A stretch of 64,000 nucleotides of DNA. Origin: Chiloscyllium plagiosum. Lineage: Eukaryota. Below are positions 63,721-64,000 of the stretch, in pieces. The DNA lies in contig NC_057751.1 of NCBI RefSeq assembly GCF_004010195.1, positions 9,933,457-9,997,456 of the forward strand. The letters are read 5' to 3'. Each line of letters begins with the position of its first letter. Position 1 is the first letter of the stretch. Position numbers and translations under genes: made by a program. The notes beneath the pieces are model-generated. The model was not told where the DNA came from. It saw only the letters and a list, made by a program, of their open reading frames with translations, and searched no databases.

Positions 63721-64000
63721 AATATGTGAGGGGAAGCAATCCCAGGCAAAGGTTGATATGGGGAAATAGTCCTAGAGCAGAGGCCAGCAAGAGGAATTTA
63801 GTCACAGAGTGGAGGTTAGTGAGGGCAAGCACTCCTGGGCAGAGGCCAATGCGAGGAAGCAGTACCGGAGCAGAGGCCAGCAGTCCTGGACTAATCTTAC
63901 CTTGGAGTCGGTACGGAGCTGAGTGAAGGCGTGGAGTGGAGTGGGACATTTGTTGGGCTGGGGTCTGGTTCAGCAGTCAGACCACATGTGGAAGACCCTC

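Noticed and set aside
63776..63885. Three spaced copies of gcagaggcca
   Set aside because: Too short and close to the window edge to interpret. Probably part of a retroelement UTR.

Overview
Eukaryotic, vertebrate DNA, most likely a shark or other elasmobranch (inferred from HE1-like V-SINEs, CR1/HER1-like LINEs and Penelope-derived repeats). Two convergent multi-exon genes are present. (1) A complete POLD2 (DNA polymerase delta subunit 2) on + has 10 coding exons from 4326 to 25393, 1413 nt or 470 aa, all introns GT-AG with consistent phases, and a CpG-island promoter. (2) The 3' part of AEBP1/ACLP on - has 11 coding exons from 57840 down to 30818, covering most of the discoidin domain, the catalytically degenerate M14B carboxypeptidase domain and a short basic tail; its 5' exons lie beyond the window. 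The rest is mostly transposon debris: CR1-type LINEs (one near full length at about 50300-54026), Penelope-like elements with minimal hammerhead-ribozyme motifs, SINEs, MITEs and LTR elements. The most notable hidden structure is an antisense ERV-like provirus in the large POLD2 intron (about 11360-14537). It has paired LTRs, a tRNA-Ser PBS, a PPT, splice signals, env-like remnants and an array of tRNA T-arm-like hairpins in its leader. Other points of interest are a young inverted LINE pair around an AEBP1 exon, a direct repeat around a symmetric AEBP1 exon, a roughly 245-bp palindromic Penelope-derived insertion and a solo LTR next to the POLD2 promoter. Comparisons with human proteins and repeat families are from recalled knowledge; no searches were run.
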